Below, piece after piece: positions 58,362 to 64,000 of a DNA stretch of 64,000 nucleotides. The number at the start of each line of letters is the position of its first letter. Position 1 is the stretch's first letter. Source of the DNA: Neocallimastix sp. 'constans' (Eukaryota); NCBI GenBank assembly GCA_050613775.1, contig JBODTK010000101.1:372001-436000 (forward strand), written 5' to 3'. Below the pieces are notes generated by a model. It was not told the origin of the DNA, searched no databases, and saw only the letters and a program-made list of their open reading frames with translations. The position numbers and the translations under genes were made by a program.

Positions 58362-58932
58362 ATATATATTTATATAATTAATATAGAAAGAGAGAGATTA
58401 TTATATTTACAGAAATAAGCATATATATAAATGATATAATTAATAATGATATGAAAATTTTTAAAAATTCAATAAATGCTTCATGGCTAAAGTCTTTATT
58501 ATGGAAATAGCGAAAAATGTATATTATTATCCATATTAGTAGAACGACAAAAATTAAAAATGATAGTATTACATTTATAATTGTTCCAATATACCATAAT
58601 TTGATATGCTCTATTTTTTCCTATATTAATATATTAGTATTATTATATTTTATAAATAATAAAAAAAAAAAAAAATAAAAAGGTCATATTCATTTCAATA
58701 AATTCATATAGTTATATATAAATATATATATTTCAATTTTCAAAAAAATTTGTTTTATCTAATATGTATGATATATATATATATATAAATTTATATATAA
58801 TTTAATTTTTTTTTTTTTTTTTTTACATTTTTAATGATATAATATGTTCCACCAAAGACAGTAACTCCAATAATATTAAATGATATTAATGAAAGAAACT
58901 GATTTTATACAGGATTTTAAAGTATTGTTCAT
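57766..58932 (-). CDS. Small multi-TM protein, paralog B, with LPxY and terminal PPPY motifs; 3 exons
   Basis: MNNTFKILYKISFLSLISFNIIGVTVFGGTYYII.. | ..HIKLWYIGTIIK..IYMLIS | IFISVNVKQY..LDTLPTYKSYGP..SIESLPPPYAP*. Missing from the ORF track because the exons are short or lack ATG. Confidence 0.75.
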
Positions 58933-60935
58933 TGTATATTAAATATGTTATATATTTTAAAATTTTTTAAAATTTATATTAATATATCATTTCATTATAA
59001 CTGAATTATTTTAATTATTGTTATTATTTTTATAATTTTATTTTATTTTCTTTTATATTTGTTGATATGAATATTTTACCGTCATTATATAAAGAGATAT
59101 AATTAAAATTTTTCGGTCATTATTATCCATTTATTAATAAAATGTATACTTCTTTTTTTTTTTGTTATTTTTATTTTTATTTTTTTTTTTATTTTTTCTT
59201 CTTCTTATTATAATATTATATTATGTTAATATTTCATTACTTCTATTTTGCTATTTTATTTTTATTTTTTTTTATTTTATTTTTATTTTTTTTTATTTTA
59301 TTTTTATTTTTTGCTATCGTATTTTAATTTAATAAAAAGATATATATTAATTAAATGCATTTAATTATGAATATTTAATAATTTCTTTCTCATTTATTAT
59401 TATTATTTTTTTTTTAATAAATTTTATCATTTATCGTTTTTTTTTTTTTTTTATTTTATTTTTTTTTTATTTTATTTTTTTTTGTATTTTTATTTTTTTT
59501 TTATTTTTATTTATTTTTATTTTTACAATATTAAAATAATTTTAATGTTAATATGTAATGTTACTAAAGAGTATTTAGTAGAATAGTATAAATAATATAT
59601 ATATTTATATAATTATATATTTTTTATATTTTGCTCAATTTTTTTTTTTTTTTTTTATTTATTATTATTTTTTTTTTATCACATTCTTTTTTTTTGTTCA
59701 TAATTTAATTTGATTAATAATATAAAAAAATCATGACATAATAAAAATGTTAAAGTTTTTAATTTTAATTAACATTACGACTCATAAGTTTATTCTTATA
59801 CTTTAACTTTTTGAACTTTAATTGTATAATTTATAACAATAAAATTAAATCTAAATTAATAATGGTAATCATAATCATTTTCATAAATAATTATATTTAT
59901 AAATATATTTTTAAAAATAAAATATTTTTGTATTATATTATTATTATTATTATTATTATAAAAGATATAAATATATATATATATGTTTTTTTTTTTTAAT
60001 CCTTTTTATACTGTAAATATTAAATTTTTGCAATATATAAATTATAGAATATTTAAATATTTATTAAAAAATAAATTAAAATGCTTATAACCACAAAAAA
60101 TTTAACATAAAATTTAATATAAAAATTGCATAACTATTTTTATTTAGAAGAAATGCCTATTGATTTAGTATGTATTAGATGTTGTAAATATTCAGGAGAG
60201 GTTTCTTTAGATATGTATAAATCATAAAAAAATGCATTTCGTAGTGAAATATATATATATATATAAATTAACTATAATAACTTTAATAATTTATATTAAG
60301 CTGATTTATTTATATGAAGTAACTGATAAAACACTAATATAAATGTGGATTTTTTTTTTTTTTTTTTTTTTTTTTAAATATAATTTTATTATATTTTAAT
60401 TTAGATCTTTTTTTTTTTTAATCTATTAATTGTGTAATCATAAATTTTGATGGATTGTTTTTTAATTTGAACTAATTAATTATATTAATTTTATTATATA
60501 TAAAAAAAAAAATTTTTTTTTTTTTTTTCATGATAAAAAATTTTTGTATTGTAATAAATTAAGAAAAAAAAAAAAAAAGTATTATTAGAAAATTGTTTAT
60601 ACATGGTTTGATAAGATAAAAAAAAAAACAAAAACATTTTTCATTCATATACAAATATGAAATAATTATTTTATTAATAATTATAATAAAAAAAATAAAT
60701 TATATATATTATGTACTTTTTTTTTTTTTTTTTTTCATTTTGATATTTTAATAAAAGAAAAGAATGATAGATTGTAATAGTTATATACTCTTTAAATATA
60801 TATATATATAATTTTTACATTGTTAAATTATATATAAATTTTATATTACAGAATGTATATATAATTAAATTATTTATAATATTCAGATTCCAATAAATTT
60901 AATGAATATAAATAATATTAATAATAAATATTATA

Positions 60936-60977
<42 letters not shown>

Positions 60978-60978
<1 letters not shown>

Positions 60979-61475
60979 TATGGTTCATATGGTGGAGGTA
61001 ATGAATCTATAGAAATATCATTTTGTATTGAATTATATATATTATATTGTTGGAATGGCTGGCTTTGTTGTTGAGTTAATTGTTGCTGAGGTAATTGCTG
61101 CTGAGGTAATTGGTATTGTGATAATTGTTGCTGAGTTAATTGCTGTTGAGGTAATTGCTGTTGTGATAATTGCTGTTGAGGTAATTGTTGTTGTGATAAC
61201 TGCTGTTGCGATAGTTGCTGCTGAGTTAACTGCTGTTGTGATAATTGCTGTTGAGGTAATTGCTGTTCAGGTAATTGCTGTTGTGATAATTGTTGTTGAG
61301 GTAATCGCTGTTGCGATAGTTGCTGCTGAGTTAACTGTTGTTGTGTTAATTGCTGTTGAGGTAATTGCTGCTGTGATAGTTGCTGTTGCGATAACTGCTG
61401 TTGAGTTAACTGTTGTTGAGGTAATTGTTGTTGTTGTGACTGGCTTGTTGTATTTATATATAAAGGGACTAATTG

Positions 61476-61508
<33 letters not shown>

Positions 61509-62724
61509 ATTATAATCATAAATAATGTTTTGATCTGTTGGTAAATAAGCCATATTAGGAGGCTGATTATTTGCTACCATAAGGGTTTCTGATGGAGCAT
61601 ATGGTGTATATTTTGGTAATGTTTCCATACTATCATATATTGGATTATATGGGCTATATGGACTTTGAGTGGTGGGTGAATAATTATCTAATAATGCATT
61701 TGGTGAATTAGGATAATTAGTATTATTAGAATATTGCGTTCCATTAGTATTTGTGTATCGAGTATTTCTTCTGTTAGGATGATCTGAACCGTAAACAAAT
61801 TTATTAATACCAATTATAACATATATCTATTTATATATTTATATATTTATTATTATAATTATTATTAATTATTTTAATTTAATAACATTATAATGATATA
61901 ATATAAAACTTTATTATTTTTGATTTATCAAGAATTATATTTAAGTATACATAAATATGTAATTATATATATATATATATATATATATTATTATTATTAT
62001 TATTATTATTATCTTACCGTTATAGCTAAAATTAAAGTTATTGTAAAAAAACTTTTTAATAGAGTTCTAAATTCTTGAAAATCAATATCTATAGATATAG
62101 TTTTATTTTCGTTTTTATTTTCATTTCCATTGTCAATTTCAAGAGAATTTTTATCATCATTACCTTCCTCATAATTTTCTTCGTCACCATCCCAATTTTC
62201 ATTTTTTTTAGTAAAATAAGTTAGTATTCCAAAAACATAGATAACAAAAAATAAAAAGAATAGCAATAATTGACAATATACCCCTGTTAAACAATTCTTT
62301 GCTAACTCTTTTCTCATCTAATATTATTTATCAATATATGTAGTTTTTAAAATAATATAATATTAATAAATTGAATTTCTATTTATATATATAGTTTCAT
62401 AGAAGATAAATAAGTAATTATTAAATAAAATTGAAATACTTTACTGAAAATAGGGCATAAATTTCAAATACAAAAATGAGTGTGCCAAGTTGGTCATAAT
62501 TAAAAAAGGTAATGATCTTATAAAAATAATAATTAAAGACATTATATATATATATATATATTTATTAATATTATAATTTTATTATTTTTTTTTTTCTTTT
62601 TTTTTATAAAGGTTATTTTAAAATAAAAATATAGTTAATAATATATATATATATATATATAAATACTACTTACTGCTAAAAAAAAGAGCAGAAATTCAAC
62701 AGTTGCTTTATATAATTTATTCAT
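60978..62724 (-). CDS. Small multi-TM protein, paralog C, with LPKY, QQQL(P/S/T) repeats and terminal PPPY; 4 coding exons
   Basis: MNKLYKATVEFLLFFLA | ..LPFLIMTNLAHSFLYLKFYALFS | MRKELAKN..ILAIT | IYVIIGINK..METLPKYTPYAP..SIDSLPPPYEP*. Confidence 0.75.
61071..61436 (-). repeat. Coding 15-bp tandem repeat (QQQL[PST])n
   Basis: More than 20 pentapeptide units in ORF 60978-61628. Confidence 0.9.
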
Positions 62725-62740
62725 TTTATTTTGACCTATA

Positions 62741-62771
<31 letters not shown>

Positions 62772-62900
62772 TTTATAATATAATGTATATGTATTTATAG
62801 TATTATATTTTATATAATATTATATCATTATATAATATTTGATAGTATTTATTTTTTTTTTCTAATAGATATTATTCACTTTTTATTACTATTATTATTT

Positions 62901-62944
<44 letters not shown>

Positions 62945-63818
62945 CAATAGAATCTTTATTTTTTTTTCTCCATTTAAATACGAAGTTAAAAATAATAATA
63001 AAATTTATAAACTTTAATTATTATTAAACTAAAATTGATCTATAAAAAAAAATTTTTAATATTAATTTTTAAAATTAGACATAAAATAATAATAATACTA
63101 TTTTTTAATCATTTTATAATTCAAAATTATATGAGTTTATAATATAAATACAGATATTTCTTTTATATATATATATATATATATATTTATATTTTTTTTT
63201 TTGTTATAATTTTTATTTATTTTTTCTATATTTAAATAATAGATATTTGAAAATAAAATAAGAAATAAAAAAAAATATATATCTTCATATTAAATAGTAA
63301 TGTAACGTATATATATTTATTTCATAAAAAAAAAAAAAAATAATAAAAATAATTAAATACAAAAATAATAAATCTATTTTGGTATTATTAACTTTCAAAG
63401 TTAATTATATATATATTGGAAATAAAAGTAACAAAAAAAAAAAAAATAATAATTTTTTTTTTTTTTTAAACAAAATAAAAAACATAAATTTTTAAATTAA
63501 AAAAAAAAAAAAAATTAAAAATTAAAATTGGTAATTCATTGGTATTATTCATTGGTATTATTGTCCTTTTACATAATTTACAGTAATATGCTGTTATCTT
63601 AATAGTAATAATAATAATATCCTTTACATCGGTTATTAATATAAAGCAGAAATATTAAAAATATTGAATTGCAGAAAAAAACGTTGAATTTGATATTTTC
63701 TCTATTTTTTTTTTTTTTTTTTTTTTTGTTATTTTTCAAAAAAGGTAAAAAAAAGATTTTTAGGAAGAAAAAAAAAAGATTTTTTTTATCCTTATTAAAC
63801 TGTAAAAGTATTTTAGAA

Positions 63819-63865
<47 letters not shown>

Positions 63866-63887
63866 ATCTATGATATTATTCTTTTAT

Positions 63888-64000
63888 TTATATAGTATTA
63901 TATGTATTATTATTACTATTATTATTAACATTATCATTTTCCATTGGAAAAGCAGGCTGAAGAGAATTATCAATTAAATTTGAATTTTCAGGGTATGATA
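63888..64000 (-). CDS. Possible last-exon fragment of a gene running off the window edge
   Basis: Open frame SYPENSNLIDNSLQPAFPMENDNVNNSNNNTYNTI* with higher GC than its flank. Confidence 0.35.
   Translation of the reverse strand, partial: SYPENSNLIDNSLQPAFPMENDNVNNNSNNNTYNTI

Overview
Extremely AT-rich, intron-dense eukaryotic DNA with long A/T and (ATT)n tracts. Fungal-type housekeeping genes plus a flagellar gene (IFT46) point to a zoosporic fungus, most likely an anaerobic gut fungus (Neocallimastigomycota); this is an inference from composition and gene content. Recognisable genes: IFT46, ORC4, SAD1/USP39, TMA46/ZC3H15, RPL25/uL23 and an intronless bacterial-looking SAM methyltransferase. 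There are also two single-pass surface proteins (one with an SH3 domain), a large Asn-rich protein, and a tandem trio of small multi-TM proteins with PY-motif or PKA-motif tails. Mobile DNA: several decayed, truncated or nested LINEs and a Copia RT relic. The two most notable elements are (1) a very young LTR element (identical-looking 559-bp LTRs, 4-bp TSD, PBS, PPT) that encodes Gag and, through a TTTAAAC -1 frameshift, protease plus an integrase C-terminal tail, but no RT, RNase H or integrase core; and (2) a ~930-bp GC-rich structured island headed by a CCA-ending tRNA-like module with an abnormal anticodon arm, a candidate long SINE or Pol III ncRNA. Exon boundaries were derived by eye from GT-AG sites and reading-frame continuity; no database searches were run.
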